Positions 37,001 to 47,500 of a stretch of 64,000 bases of DNA are shown here, piece by piece. Numbering within the stretch: the first letter of the stretch is position 1; each line of letters opens with the position of its first letter. The notes beneath the pieces are model-generated. The model worked only from the letters and a program-made list of their open reading frames with translations, was not told the origin of the DNA and made no database searches. This DNA is from a virus: positions 1 through 64,000 of the IMG/VR virus record IMGVR_UViG_3300042937_001707; one strand, written 5' to 3'. The position numbers and the translations under genes are program-made.

Positions 37001-39953
37001 CAACGACGCTTTTATTGCTGAAGAAGCAAATGTTAATAATAAATTAGTGGTTTCGGGGTTAACTGGACAAATAGACCTAAAACCTTTATCAACTAATGTT
37101 AGAATTTGGGACAACAATAATTCAAATTATCATGAAATTGTTACTGGAGATACAACAGCTAATTATTTGTTAAATCTTGCCGCTGGAAATACTACTCTAG
37201 TTCCCGGCACTATGGTTCCAACTTCTTTAACTATTACTGCTTCTGGAGGTATCGCAACCGACGCGACTACCAATTTAAGCGTTAATAGACAGTTCCAATT
37301 AACTGGACAAGCAAGGAGCTTACATGATTTAGCAACTACTGGTCTATTTACCAGAAACTCTGCCGGATCTATAATTTCAAGATCTATCGCTGTTTCTGGA
37401 ACAGGAATTTCTATTACTAATGCTGATGGATCTGCTGGAAATCCAACAATAACTTCTAATGCTACAAGTGCAAATACCGTTTCTACAATTGTTGCTAGGG
37501 ATGCTTCAGGTAATTTCTCTGCAGGAACAATTACCGCATCTTTAAGCGGTAATGCAACCAGCTCATCTAAAGTAAACAGCATTTTAACCAGAGGTACATA
37601 TTTAACAGGCAGCAATTTTGACGGATCTGCAGCAACCACTTGGACAGTAGATGCTACAACAACTAATACAGCAAACAAAATTGTTGCTAGAGATGGATCT
37701 GGTAATTTCTCTGCGGGAACAATTACCGCAGCTTTAAGCGGTAATGCTTCTACTGCAACTACTTTACAAACTGCAAGAAATATTAATGGAGTGTCCTTTA
37801 ATGGTTCTGCGAATATACTCGTTCCAAATCTTTTTGGAACCAACGGAACAACAACACTAAACACAGTAGGTGTTACTTCTGGTGTGAATTATGCAACCAT
37901 AACAAACGCTGCAAACGGATCTCCAGTGTTGATATCAACAGAGGGGCAGTTTGATAGTAATGTTGGTCTAACCATATCTACAAAAGGTACTGGGGCGATA
38001 ACTCTAGATACCGGGGTTGGATTAGGAGCTATAGACCTAAAACCAGGAACTAGTACCGTAAGAATATGGGATACTAATAACACCAATTATTGGGAATTCA
38101 TTACTTCTGACGTAACGTCCAACTATTCTGTTACTCTTCCGGTTGGTAATGTTGTATTAACTGCGGGTACTATGGTTCCAACAAGCAGAACATTGACAAT
38201 AGCGAATGGAACTGGTATTACTGGCGGCGGTTCTGCTACAGATTTATCTACAAATAGATCATGGACTATTGGTTTAACTGGACAAGCATTAAACCTTCAC
38301 GACATGACAACTACTGGATTATTTACTAGAACATCTTCTGGTACAATAACTGCTAGGTCTATCGCTGTTTCTGGAACAGGAATTTCTATTACTAATGCCG
38401 ATGGATCTGCTGGAAATCCAACAATAGCTTCTAATGCTACAAGTGCAAATACCGTTTCTACAATTGTTGCTAGAGATGGATCTGGTAATTTCTCTGCAGG
38501 AACAATTACCTCATCTTATTTTAATTCTTCTGATAATTCAGTTACTACTGGTGTGACTGGAATTATATCGAAGACTTCTGATAATTTTTATAGAACTGCT
38601 AGTGCTGCTGCTGTCGCAAGTTTTATCAGCGGTCAGACAATGAACATCAACGGTACTGCTACTGGTATTGGTGGTGCTGGAACCGTTAGCGTATCGACAG
38701 GATCATTTAGTTCTACTTTATCAGTAACTGGACAATTCTCGTCTTCTACGAGAATACTTGCTACTGGTTCTCAAGCATCGTCTTCTTTAGGAACTTCAAC
38801 AGGTTCTCTTGGTGGTATTGAAATCCAAGGACCAAACAGTTCTTCCGCAGCATTCATAGCATTTCATAGACCAGGAGCTTACGCTACATATTTTGGTCTA
38901 GGAACTAACAATAGACTGCAAGTCGGTGGTTGGTCTGCTGCAACATCATCGTGGAATATTCCGTATTCCACTCTTGGTATAGCATTTGACAACACCGATC
39001 AAGCAGGAACTCCGGCAAGGGTTTGGGGTGGTACAAACGACGCAACAACTTGGTACGAATACACTCCAGCAACATTAACTGTAGGATCGTATTTAACTGG
39101 TTCTAATTATACTGGCTATAACGCAACCACTTGGGCAGTAGATGCTACAACAACTAATACAGCAAACAAAATTGTTGTTAGAGACGGTTCTGGTAATTTC
39201 TCTGCAGGAACAATTACAGCATCTTTATCTGGTAATGCGTCTACTGCAAGTAAAGTAAATAACATTTTAACCAGAGGAACATATTTAACAGGCAGCAATT
39301 TTGACGGTTCTGCTGCAACCACTTGGGCAGTAGATGCTACAACAACTAATACAGCAAACAAAATTGTCGCTAGAGATGGTAACGGACAAATTACTGCTAC
39401 TACCGCAATAATTGGAACCTCCGAATTTAGTAGTGTTGGGACTATTGAACTGGGAAGACAAGGAACAGGCGATAGGGGAGCTTTAATCGACTTTCATTCA
39501 GCAGGAACTCCTGGGCAATATGATTATCATGCTAGAATTATTAAAGATGTTGGTGCTAATGGTAATTTTTGGATGTCTAATATCGGTTCCGGTAATACTG
39601 GAATGTCTGCCGGAACTGGAACTGCAATTTTAAGTCCCTCAGGAGATTTCACTGCTTCTGGAAACGTTACTGCATATTCCGACAAAACGCTGAAAAAAGA
39701 TGTTATTACATTAGAAAATTCTTTAGATAAAGTTTTAAATCTAAGAGGTGTGTCTTTTACCAAGATTGACTCCAATAAGAAAGGAATCGGTGTAATTGCT
39801 CAAGAGGTTCAAGAAGTTCTTCCAGAAGTTGTTGTAGAAAATTCCGATGGAATACTTTCAGTTGCTTATGGTAATATCGTAGGTGTTCTAATTGAGGCAA
39901 TTAAAGAACAGCAAAAACAAATTGACGAACTAAAATCTAAAATAGGAAACTAA
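34086..39953 (+). CDS. Long tail fibre with C-terminal intramolecular chaperone (peptidase S74)
   Basis: Thr/Asn-rich repeats; C-terminal AYSD..LK...LRGV.F...[13 protein letters not shown]...VAYGN...LIEAIKE. Confidence 0.85.
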   Translation: MANNITNIYFSNTFGDLVRTANNLVNAWQYLGFYDWDKPSGTFSISSSGTGFLSNTISVFSRETRVEGVGSSLYVQNNAEVGKTLSLTDRANNVTLYSNGTSIFSGGYQNYASYLTGIGYENVNNSYGIVTLAKSLFANSVDILETANVNLIQANNQIIYYNLSGNTAQFSANVTVGNLVSNNFIYAANNISTNRNLFVSVNSHVIGLSYTDRLQANTSANTRYLSVTDDAFVDYLQANTNLQTGVAVANTRVVTGIVQANNTVIANTVTANSIVTSPTLHGSSNVFSGYVQANTRIVTGIVQANNTVIANTVSANSLVTTPTLHGSSNVFTDYVQANTRVVTGIVQANTNIFTATISANSSIVTPTVQASSNVYTGFLKANNLIVTDVIESQSRVITDTALANTRIITATLQSNNSILSNDILANTRVVTGIVQANTHIYTDYAQANTRVVTGIVQANTNVITNDVLANTRVVAGFVQANNTVISNTISANTVVTSPTLHGSSNVFSGYVQANTRVVTGIVQANNIVHSNTVSANTVVTSPTLHGSSNVFSGYIQANTRVVTETVQSNTNVITNDVLANTRVVTETVQSNTNVITNDVLANTRVVTGIVQANTNVITNDVLANTRVVTGIVQANTRVVTETVQSNTNVITNTVSANSLVTSPTLHGSSNVFTAILQANSAANTQNLSVTQRIFTNDFISNTNILVVNNANTTNLYASNLVQANSVGYLDNSQNPSVYNVYSREALFNNASIVSNMVVGGDLKVLGATQYDGKSIRLSANSPSWWTNTIPAELIVNRKLDEANGIWYSANSDAAISWSDLSLRWRAVDVPNSTANSKIYTNLLLELDIADNLNETSSVRVPSSRVHSLTRTHANSAFLNSNSAYTHANSVYTHANSAITIGTTPVYLNRTNTVFGGISTLSVTGTTLSNFVVANTNVISPIVVSNSLQANNFANTQNLSVTQTIFTRDFRANNDAFIAEEANVNNKLVVSGLTGQIDLKPLSTNVRIWDNNNSNYHEIVTGDTTANYLLNLAAGNTTLVPGTMVPTSLTITASGGIATDATTNLSVNRQFQLTGQARSLHDLATTGLFTRNSAGSIISRSIAVSGTGISITNADGSAGNPTITSNATSANTVSTIVARDASGNFSAGTITASLSGNATSSSKVNSILTRGTYLTGSNFDGSAATTWTVDATTTNTANKIVARDGSGNFSAGTITAALSGNASTATTLQTARNINGVSFNGSANILVPNLFGTNGTTTLNTVGVTSGVNYATITNAANGSPVLISTEGQFDSNVGLTISTKGTGAITLDTGVGLGAIDLKPGTSTVRIWDTNNTNYWEFITSDVTSNYSVTLPVGNVVLTAGTMVPTSRTLTIANGTGITGGGSATDLSTNRSWTIGLTGQALNLHDMTTTGLFTRTSSGTITARSIAVSGTGISITNADGSAGNPTIASNATSANTVSTIVARDGSGNFSAGTITSSYFNSSDNSVTTGVTGIISKTSDNFYRTASAAAVASFISGQTMNINGTATGIGGAGTVSVSTGSFSSTLSVTGQFSSSTRILATGSQASSSLGTSTGSLGGIEIQGPNSSSAAFIAFHRPGAYATYFGLGTNNRLQVGGWSAATSSWNIPYSTLGIAFDNTDQAGTPARVWGGTNDATTWYEYTPATLTVGSYLTGSNYTGYNATTWAVDATTTNTANKIVVRDGSGNFSAGTITASLSGNASTASKVNNILTRGTYLTGSNFDGSAATTWAVDATTTNTANKIVARDGNGQITATTAIIGTSEFSSVGTIELGRQGTGDRGALIDFHSAGTPGQYDYHARIIKDVGANGNFWMSNIGSGNTGMSAGTGTAILSPSGDFTASGNVTAYSDKTLKKDVITLENSLDKVLNLRGVSFTKIDSNKKGIGVIAQEVQEVLPEVVVENSDGILSVAYGNIVGVLIEAIKEQQKQIDELKSKIGN
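34725..36120 (+). repeat. 11-aa (33/66-bp) QANTRVVTGIV-type repeat tract in the fibre
   Basis: Degenerate repeats plus near-exact 66-bp tandem units at about 35757-36040. Confidence 0.85.
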
Positions 39954-39954
39954 T

Positions 39955-40302
39955 ATGTCAGCAGGATATTTAGAATTATTTTTGGAACAAGGGGAAGATT
40001 ATTCCGTTAATATCACATTAGACGGATTAAACGGTTATCCATATAATCTTACCAATTCTAACGTAAAATCTGATATAAGAAAATCTTATTGGTCTGCGAA
40101 CGTTGCTGCTTCTTTTTCTGCAAATGTTGCTAATACCCAATTAGGGATTATAAATTTATCACTATCTGCAAATACTACACAAAACATTAAATCTGGAAGG
40201 TATGTTTATGACGTTTTTATAACAAATACATCAAACCCCACTAATAGATCAAAAGTTTTGGAAGGGATTATTCACGTAGAACCTAGTTCAACTAAAATAT
40301 AA
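39955..40302 (+). CDS. Small virion adaptor protein (BppU-like)
   Basis: L..EQG.D, IRKSY, G.I.LSL....T....GRYVYDV and VLEG...V.P motifs. Confidence 0.6.
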   Translation: MSAGYLELFLEQGEDYSVNITLDGLNGYPYNLTNSNVKSDIRKSYWSANVAASFSANVANTQLGIINLSLSANTTQNIKSGRYVYDVFITNTSNPTNRSKVLEGIIHVEPSSTKI

Positions 40303-40314
40303 GTTTGACATTTT

Positions 40315-40322
40315 TATAAATA
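40315..40322 (+). promoter_or_regulatory. T4-type late promoter
   Basis: Intergenic TATAAATA. Confidence 0.7.
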
Positions 40323-40344
40323 CTAATAAAATTAGGAAACTAAA

Positions 40345-40632
40345 ATGTCAATCAGAGCAGTATCAGTAAAAGTCAATGGGCAAAACCCAACTAGAGTTGG
40401 TAATGTGACTTATGATAATACTATTAATGTTAAAGTTGATAACCAACAAGATTATTCTGTAAAATCTATAAATTATGGAGCTAAAAAAATATCTCAGTTA
40501 GAAGACGTTTACTCTTTTAGTCCTGTGGACGGTAACGTGTTGGTATTTAATGCTGTAACAGGTAAATATGTATCCAAAAGGATAGACTCTTCTTCTATTG
40601 ACATAAACAATATTGATGGCGGATTATTTTAA
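40345..40632 (+). CDS. Small virion protein ending IDGGLF
   Basis: L.DV.....DG.VLVF.....KY fibre motif; SD AGGA. Confidence 0.6.
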   Translation: MSIRAVSVKVNGQNPTRVGNVTYDNTINVKVDNQQDYSVKSINYGAKKISQLEDVYSFSPVDGNVLVFNAVTGKYVSKRIDSSSIDINNIDGGLF

Positions 40633-40648
40633 AAAATTAGGAAAATAA

Positions 40649-42154
40649 ATGGCAAATACAATCATCCAAATAAAACGCTCTCAAACCACAGCGTTACCAA
40701 CCACACTAAATTACGGTGAGTTAGCATATTCGTTCCAATCTGGTAAAATAGCAATTGGTGACGCTACTACTGGAGTTGTTGTTATAGGCGGCAATACCTA
40801 TACACAAATGCTAGATGCCGCCACTTCTTCTAATACTGGTTCTACCATTGTTAAGAGAGATTCTGACGGAAGTTTTTCCGCCACTGTTGTTAATGCTAGT
40901 TTATGGGGTAACGCTAATACAGCAACGAAATGGCAAACCGCAAGAGACGTATTTGTTTTTGGTGATGCGTCTGGTTCTGCATCTATAGACGGAACTGCTA
41001 ATGCCGGTATTGGATTAACTTTCGCAACAGTAAATAACAACGTTGGAACGTTTGGTGGCGTTTCTCAAATTCCAGTATTTACGGTAAACGGTAAAGGTCT
41101 TGTTACTGCAGCAGCTAATGTTTCCATTGCAACAACACTTAATATAACTGGCGATACTGGTTCTGATGGCGTTTCTCTATTAACAGAGACTTTGAATTTC
41201 CAAGGTGGAGATGGAATTACCACCACAGTAACCGACGATAATATTTCTATATTCGTTGATAATACTGTTATTAGAACTTCTGGCGGACAAACTGTTGGTG
41301 GCGATTTAACAGTTTCCGGCGATTTAACCGTACTTGGTAACACAGTAACAGTTAATACTTCTAGTTTGTTTGTAGAAGACTCTCTAATTAAACTTGCAAA
41401 CAATAATACTTCTGGCGATGGTTTAGATATCGGTTTCTATGGAACTTATAACGACTCTGGAGTTAAATTCTCTGGTTTAGCCAGAACCATTTCGGATTCT
41501 AAACAATATTTCTTATTTAAAGGCTTGGATGACGACCCCACAGGAAATACGATTCCTTCTGCTTCCATTACTGTTGCTAATACCGCAACATTAAGAGCTA
41601 ATGTAACTGGTGGTGTAATATCTAATTTACATCAAGCAATCCAACCTTCAGATGGTGGTACTGGACTAAGAAGTTATACCGTCGGCGATATAATTTTTGC
41701 TAATGGTTCTACTTCTCTAACAGTATTAAGCGACGTTTCTGTTGGTAGCGTTTTACTTTCTGGTGGTACTGGTGTAGCACCTTCTTACGGAAAAGTTGGT
41801 CTAGCCACTCACGTAGCAGATATTCTACCTATCGCTCATGGCGGTACTAATGCTGCGGCAATTGGTTCTGCTGGTTCTGTTGCGTATAGTAATGGTACAT
41901 CGTATCTATTCAATACAGTTGGAACAACAGGACAAGCGTTTATATCTGGCGGTTCTGGCGCTCCTACTTTTGGAACATTAGATTTGCTTGGTGGTGGTCT
42001 TGGTTTCACCAATCCAAACGCAAACTCAGCAGTATTCTATTCCGGAAGTGGAAATGCTATGTCTTATACAAATTCTGCTTCTGACGGTCATGTATTACAA
42101 TTTGCTGCGGCAACTGGAGTAAAATTCGGTCATCTTGATGGCGGATCTTTCTAA
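40649..42154 (+). CDS. Tail fibre-like protein
   Basis: IQIKRS...P..L..GELAY N-terminal domain; V..KG.VT, VED..I.L and GGT repeats; ends LDGGSF. Confidence 0.7.
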   Translation: MANTIIQIKRSQTTALPTTLNYGELAYSFQSGKIAIGDATTGVVVIGGNTYTQMLDAATSSNTGSTIVKRDSDGSFSATVVNASLWGNANTATKWQTARDVFVFGDASGSASIDGTANAGIGLTFATVNNNVGTFGGVSQIPVFTVNGKGLVTAAANVSIATTLNITGDTGSDGVSLLTETLNFQGGDGITTTVTDDNISIFVDNTVIRTSGGQTVGGDLTVSGDLTVLGNTVTVNTSSLFVEDSLIKLANNNTSGDGLDIGFYGTYNDSGVKFSGLARTISDSKQYFLFKGLDDDPTGNTIPSASITVANTATLRANVTGGVISNLHQAIQPSDGGTGLRSYTVGDIIFANGSTSLTVLSDVSVGSVLLSGGTGVAPSYGKVGLATHVADILPIAHGGTNAAAIGSAGSVAYSNGTSYLFNTVGTTGQAFISGGSGAPTFGTLDLLGGGLGFTNPNANSAVFYSGSGNAMSYTNSASDGHVLQFAAATGVKFGHLDGGSF

Positions 42155-42175
42155 AAAAGATCTTTAGTAAAAACA

Positions 42176-42226
42176 TATAAATAATAACCGTAGGAAGGAA
42201 AAATATATTCTTTTCTACGGTTTTTT
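42176..42226 (+). terminator. Late promoter TATAAATA (42176-42183) immediately followed by a terminator-like hairpin
   Basis: 15-bp stem 42186-42200 / 42208-42222 then T run. Confidence 0.6.
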
Positions 42227-42243
42227 ATTAATAGGGGTGATAA

Positions 42244-42762
42244 ATGAATAATGAGAGATTTTTTAACGCTTATGTTGAATTGTTGACGTCAACCTTTCAT
42301 GACGCTTTGGGAAAAAATATAGTATTCCAAGCGCAAGCAAAAATCAATGCAGAAGATCAAGAAGAATTAAAAAAGAAGGTCGAAATTTTAGAAAATAAGT
42401 TACAAGAATTTAACGACATAGAAAAGAACATAGAAGAAAAGGACCACCAACTACTCGATAAAAATACAGAAATTGGTAGATTAAAAAACGAATTCGAACA
42501 AATAAGAGCAGAAACAAACCACTTAAATACTTTTAAGAACGAGTTGATTTCTGCAAGACAAGAATTACAAAATAAAGAAAAAGAAAAAGAAAAACTCGCG
42601 TTAAGATACGAAAAGAAAATAGAAGAATTAAACTCTAAAATAGAATATCTACAAATGACGCCAGCACAAAGAAGAAAATTTGATGCTAAAAACGCTCCCG
42701 TAGTAACTAAAGAAATTAAAGAAGAAGTAGATTCCTATTCTAAAGACGGCGGAACATTTTAA
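42244..42762 (+). CDS. Coiled-coil protein ending DGGTF
   Basis: E/K/L-rich heptads. Confidence 0.7.
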   Translation: MNNERFFNAYVELLTSTFHDALGKNIVFQAQAKINAEDQEELKKKVEILENKLQEFNDIEKNIEEKDHQLLDKNTEIGRLKNEFEQIRAETNHLNTFKNELISARQELQNKEKEKEKLALRYEKKIEELNSKIEYLQMTPAQRRKFDAKNAPVVTKEIKEEVDSYSKDGGTF

Positions 42763-42772
42763 GAGATATTAA

Positions 42773-43777
42773 GTGGCGAACACAGTAATTCAATTAAAGA
42801 AATCTATAGTACCTGGAAATGTTCCTAGTAGTTTAGAAAGCGGCGAAATAGCGATTAATACCGCTGACGGTATTTTATTCTATAAAGATCCTTCTAATGT
42901 TATAAGAACCGTAAGAACAGATACCACAACAAACGCATATTCTGTTCTAAATGTAAATTCTTCATTATTAATTGCAACATCCAATTCTGATATTTTATCT
43001 ATAGACTCTACGGGAGCAATAACATTAACTCCAGATTCTGTTAATGATAAATTTACTATTGGAGTAAAATCCGGAACAGTTTTTGAAGAGGGTGTTGTTC
43101 AATTATACGATGGAGTTGATTCGAATTCTATTGTGTTAGTAGCAACAGCAAACGCATTAAACGCTGTCTATAACTTAGCAAATTTAGCATTTAACAGTTC
43201 TGGATCTGGTCCTACATCAACAAACTTAGCGTATCAAGAATTCACAGCCGCAAATAATCAAACAGAATTTTCCATTACAAATGGATATAATATAGGTAAA
43301 ATTAAAGTATTTGTAAATGGTGTACTTTTAAATTCTTCCGACTATACGGCAACAAATGGAACATCTATAATATTATCGTCTCCAGCACCTTTAGGTGACG
43401 ACGTTTCAATACAAAAATGGTATAACGATGTAAATGTTGCAAATTCTTATAGTTTAATATATGGAAATATTGATTCGAATAATATAATAACTACGACAAA
43501 TAGCGCAAATCAAGTATTGGATTTATTTTCAACCGCGTTATATAGATCCGTGAAATATCAAATACAAGTCACAAGTTCGACAAGTTATCAAATAAGTGAA
43601 TTATTGTTGATTCATGATGGAACCACTTCTTATATTACAGAATATGGTTTAATTACAACAAATGGCGTATTAATGAGTTATGATACAGACGTTTCCGGAG
43701 GATCTGTGAGATTATTGATATCTCCTACCAACAATAGCAATAGTATTAAATTCACAAAAACCTCAATTGTAGTATAA
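42773..43777 (+). CDS. Virion fibre-connector protein
   Basis: GTG start; IQLKKS...P..L..GEIAIN N-domain; VFVNGV.L...DY module; C-terminal YRS.KY.IQ...IHDG....EYG domain. Confidence 0.65.
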   Translation: MANTVIQLKKSIVPGNVPSSLESGEIAINTADGILFYKDPSNVIRTVRTDTTTNAYSVLNVNSSLLIATSNSDILSIDSTGAITLTPDSVNDKFTIGVKSGTVFEEGVVQLYDGVDSNSIVLVATANALNAVYNLANLAFNSSGSGPTSTNLAYQEFTAANNQTEFSITNGYNIGKIKVFVNGVLLNSSDYTATNGTSIILSSPAPLGDDVSIQKWYNDVNVANSYSLIYGNIDSNNIITTTNSANQVLDLFSTALYRSVKYQIQVTSSTSYQISELLLIHDGTTSYITEYGLITTNGVLMSYDTDVSGGSVRLLISPTNNSNSIKFTKTSIVV

Positions 43778-43780
43778 TAT

Positions 43781-44518
43781 ATGTCGAATTCAAGAGCAAT
43801 TTCAAAAATACCCTCTGGTCAATTATTTTCAAAATATAATGGGGCTAATAGTGGCGCATTATTGATGTTATCTGGAAATAACACAATCGGAGGAACAACA
43901 TATTTCGATTTATTAAAAGCAACAAATATTGCTCCAGGAACAACCGATCCAAACAAAACGGTTCGTTTAAATAGTACAGGAAGCATCGAAATAATTGATA
44001 GCACCTATACTAATGTTATATTTACAATAACCAACAGCGGCAACATATCAAATAAAGGTACAATTACTCCGGGATCTTATACCGCAGGTCAAGTGATAAA
44101 AGATACTATGTTGGATAATAGTCAAGTTACTGTCGTTAGTACGACTATTGCAACGACAGGATCAACAGTGAATTTTATTACTTATAATTATACTCCTGTT
44201 AGTTCATCGAGTTATTTGATCATTCACTATCATCTATCAAAATATCAACCACAAGGAACCACCGATGATAGTTGGTATTCGCAATTATTAGTTGATAACA
44301 CTGAAATTGCATACGCTTGGCAGATGGCTAATGATAATAATCAGGGTACAAGCGGTCGTTCGGGAGTATTATTCCCATTGACGGGTAGATACACAAATTC
44401 TAGCACATCAACAAAACAAATACAAGTTGGTGCTCGTAGAGACAGCGCCGATGATGGTATAATTATAGATAACTCTCCTACATCTATGTGGTTGCGTATT
44501 ACAGAGATTGCAAGATGA
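43781..44518 (+). CDS. Putative fibre tip/receptor-binding protein
   Basis: GQVI...TP.S.SS..II......ITEIA C-terminal domain. Confidence 0.55.
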   Translation: MSNSRAISKIPSGQLFSKYNGANSGALLMLSGNNTIGGTTYFDLLKATNIAPGTTDPNKTVRLNSTGSIEIIDSTYTNVIFTITNSGNISNKGTITPGSYTAGQVIKDTMLDNSQVTVVSTTIATTGSTVNFITYNYTPVSSSSYLIIHYHLSKYQPQGTTDDSWYSQLLVDNTEIAYAWQMANDNNQGTSGRSGVLFPLTGRYTNSSTSTKQIQVGARRDSADDGIIIDNSPTSMWLRITEIAR

Positions 44519-44549
44519 ATTTTCTTTGTTAATATTTTTTAAATCTTAG

Positions 44550-44588
44550 TATAAATACTAAATAAACCTCCGAGGATAGGGAATCGGG
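44550..44588 (+). promoter_or_regulatory. Late promoter plus CCGA-GGATAGGGAA-TCGG leader hairpin
   Basis: TATAAATA 44550-44557; 18-nt motif 44570-44587 repeated exactly at 62608-62625. Confidence 0.7.
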
Positions 44589-47500
44589 ATGTCAACAAAA
44601 AAGTTTACCACTAGGCATGGTATAGATGCCAATTATCAAGATATTGTTTCTGCCAATAATGTATCAACCAATACATTAACAGCTCTTGTTTCTACGGGAA
44701 CTCCACCTCTAACCGTCTCATCAACTACAAAAGTTGAAAATCTCAACGTAGATTTACTCGATGGTTATAATACTGCAACATCAAACGCTGCAAATACTGT
44801 AGTCGTAAGAGATGCAAATTCATTTATTTCTTTAAATGGATTGTATATGAACTCTTCCGAGGGATTGAAAAATATCTCGTGGAATAATACATATTCAACA
44901 TATGATATGGAACTACTAAATGGAGTTACATTACAAGTAGGACAAGAATCTCATATCTATGGTAGAGCAACAGAAACCATCCAAAATGGTAAAATTGTTA
45001 TGTTCGCTGGCGCTCAAGGAGATGGTCTTCTATTAAGATTAGCAAATACACAAGTTACTGGATTTGAACCTAGATGGATTGTTGGTGTTGCCACCCAAAC
45101 TATTCCTCAAAATAATTGGGGATATGTAACTTGGTTTGGTAAGGTTAATGACGTTGACACGTACAATTATTCTCTTGGAGATATTTTATATCTAGATAAT
45201 AACAATCCTGGAGCATTTTCTAATACAAGACCTACTGCCCCAGATTATGCTATAACATTAGCAGCAGTTGTTAGAGTTTCTAATTCTCCATCTTCTAATA
45301 ATGGCATTTTGATGGTTCGTCCAGATTTTGGATATGAATTATCAGAAGCACGTGACGTTAAGATTACTAATATTTCAGCAAACGATGTTATTATTTGGAG
45401 TGCGAATAATAGATGGGAGAATAAACCTCAATCGAATTTAGATGTTGGCAATTCCGATAAATTAGATGGCGAACATGGTAGTTATTATACAGGGTATACA
45501 GATACTGCTAATACAAACAATTTAATTTACACCAATAATGTAATAAATTCTAATGTAACATTATTACAGGGAATTAATACTACCCAAAATACTAATATTA
45601 GCAATTTAACATCATGGTTAAGTTCTAATGTAAGTTTGATTGCTGGAGTTGATAATACCCAAAATACAAATATATTATCTATACAGGAAGTAGATAATAC
45701 TCAGAATACAAGATTGACTGTTATTGAAGGTGTTGATGTTACTCAGAACACCAATATTAGCAATTTAACATCATGGTTAAGTTCTAATGTAAGTTTGATT
45801 GCTGGAGTTGATAATACCCAAAATACAAGATTGACTGTTATTGAAGGTGTTGATGTTACTCAAAACACATTTACTCAAGCAGCATTTACTCATGCTAATG
45901 CCGCATTCTTATCTTCTAATACTAAATTTAGTTCTTCTGGTGGGACAATCACAGGAGATGTTGTTATTACTGGTAATGTTGCGGTTCAAGGCACTACAAC
46001 CACTCTTGATGTTGATACTATTGCTGTAGAAGACAAGAACATAACTTTAGCAAATGTTGCTTCTCCTACGAATATTACTGCTGATGGCGGTGGTATTACT
46101 GTTAGAGGAACAACAGATAAAACTTGGAATTGGATTAACGCAACTTCTTCGTGGACTTCTAGCGAAAATATTGACATTGCTTCTGGTAAAACCTATAAAA
46201 TTAACGGAATAGATGTACTAACATCCACAACAATATCTAATATACAAGGAGTAGATAATACTCAAAATACAAGATTGACTGTCATTGAAGGAACTGATGT
46301 TACCCAGAACACAAATATTACTAATTTAACAAGTTGGTTAAGTTCTAATAATACTCTGCAAACAAATATAAACGCGACTCAGAATACTTCTATTACTGCA
46401 GCATTTATCCAAGCAAACTCTGCTTATAACCAAGCAAATACCACAAACACAAACGCTTCTAATGCTTCGAATTTGACTACAGGAACAATTCCGGGCGATA
46501 GAGGTGTTACCGCTGGTTCCACAACTCCATCGTTTATTGAATATAATGGAACTACGAAAACTGCTGGTCAGTTTGATGGTGGTTCAACTGCACCAACAAA
46601 TACTACTAGATTAAATTACGATGGTAATTTATATGCCACTACGTTCTATGGAGAAGGAACTGGTTTAACTGGAACTGCGTCAAATTTAACTGCCAATGTC
46701 GCTAATTTTGAAGTAATAACCAACGCTACTTCTGGAACATATTATCCACAATTGGTTTCTGCTACTTCCGGAACTCTTGCTGGATATACTAATAATGCGT
46801 TTGCGTTTGATGTTGCAAATGGTAGGTTTGGGATTGCGACAACAACACCAACAACAAAGTTACACATAACCGAAAGCGCCGGTGCTTGTGTACCAATTCT
46901 AACATTAGACAATTCTTCTGGTTGGGCTACTGGCATCAATTTTAAAGTCAATTATTCTGGTTATACGACTTCAAGAATAGTATACGATTTTTATGGTTCA
47001 GAATTCGCCGGATTGTCTCACGGAATGAATTATGTTTCTGGTAGACCTTCAAATTCCAATCATTGGTTTAGAGACTCAGCAAATAATATCCAATTAGCAA
47101 TTTTAAATTCGGGTAATGTAGTAATTGGTTCTAATACTACAAATTACAAATTTGAAGTTGTGGGGACTGCTAAAGCAAATACATTAACTCTAACTGCAAA
47201 TACTGCTTCTACTAATACTACAACAGGAACATTAATTGTAACTGGTGGCGTTGGTATTTCGGGTGCATTAAATGCTACCACAAAATCGTTCGATATCGTT
47301 CATCCTTCCGATCCAAATAAACGATTAAGATATGGTTCGTTGGAATCTCCATATCACGGAGTAAGATTAACAGGTAAAGGAAAAGTTATTAACGGAAAAG
47401 GAGTAGTAACCTTACCATATTACTTTAGAGATTTGGTTCATGAAGAAGATGTTAATATTCAATTAACAAATATTAAACACGGTAAAGTATTATGGGTAGA

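Noticed and set aside
36389-41403. Minus-strand ORFs opposite the fibre genes (e.g. 37163..37864)
   Set aside because: Antisense of Thr/Asn/Gly-rich codons; no independent signals.
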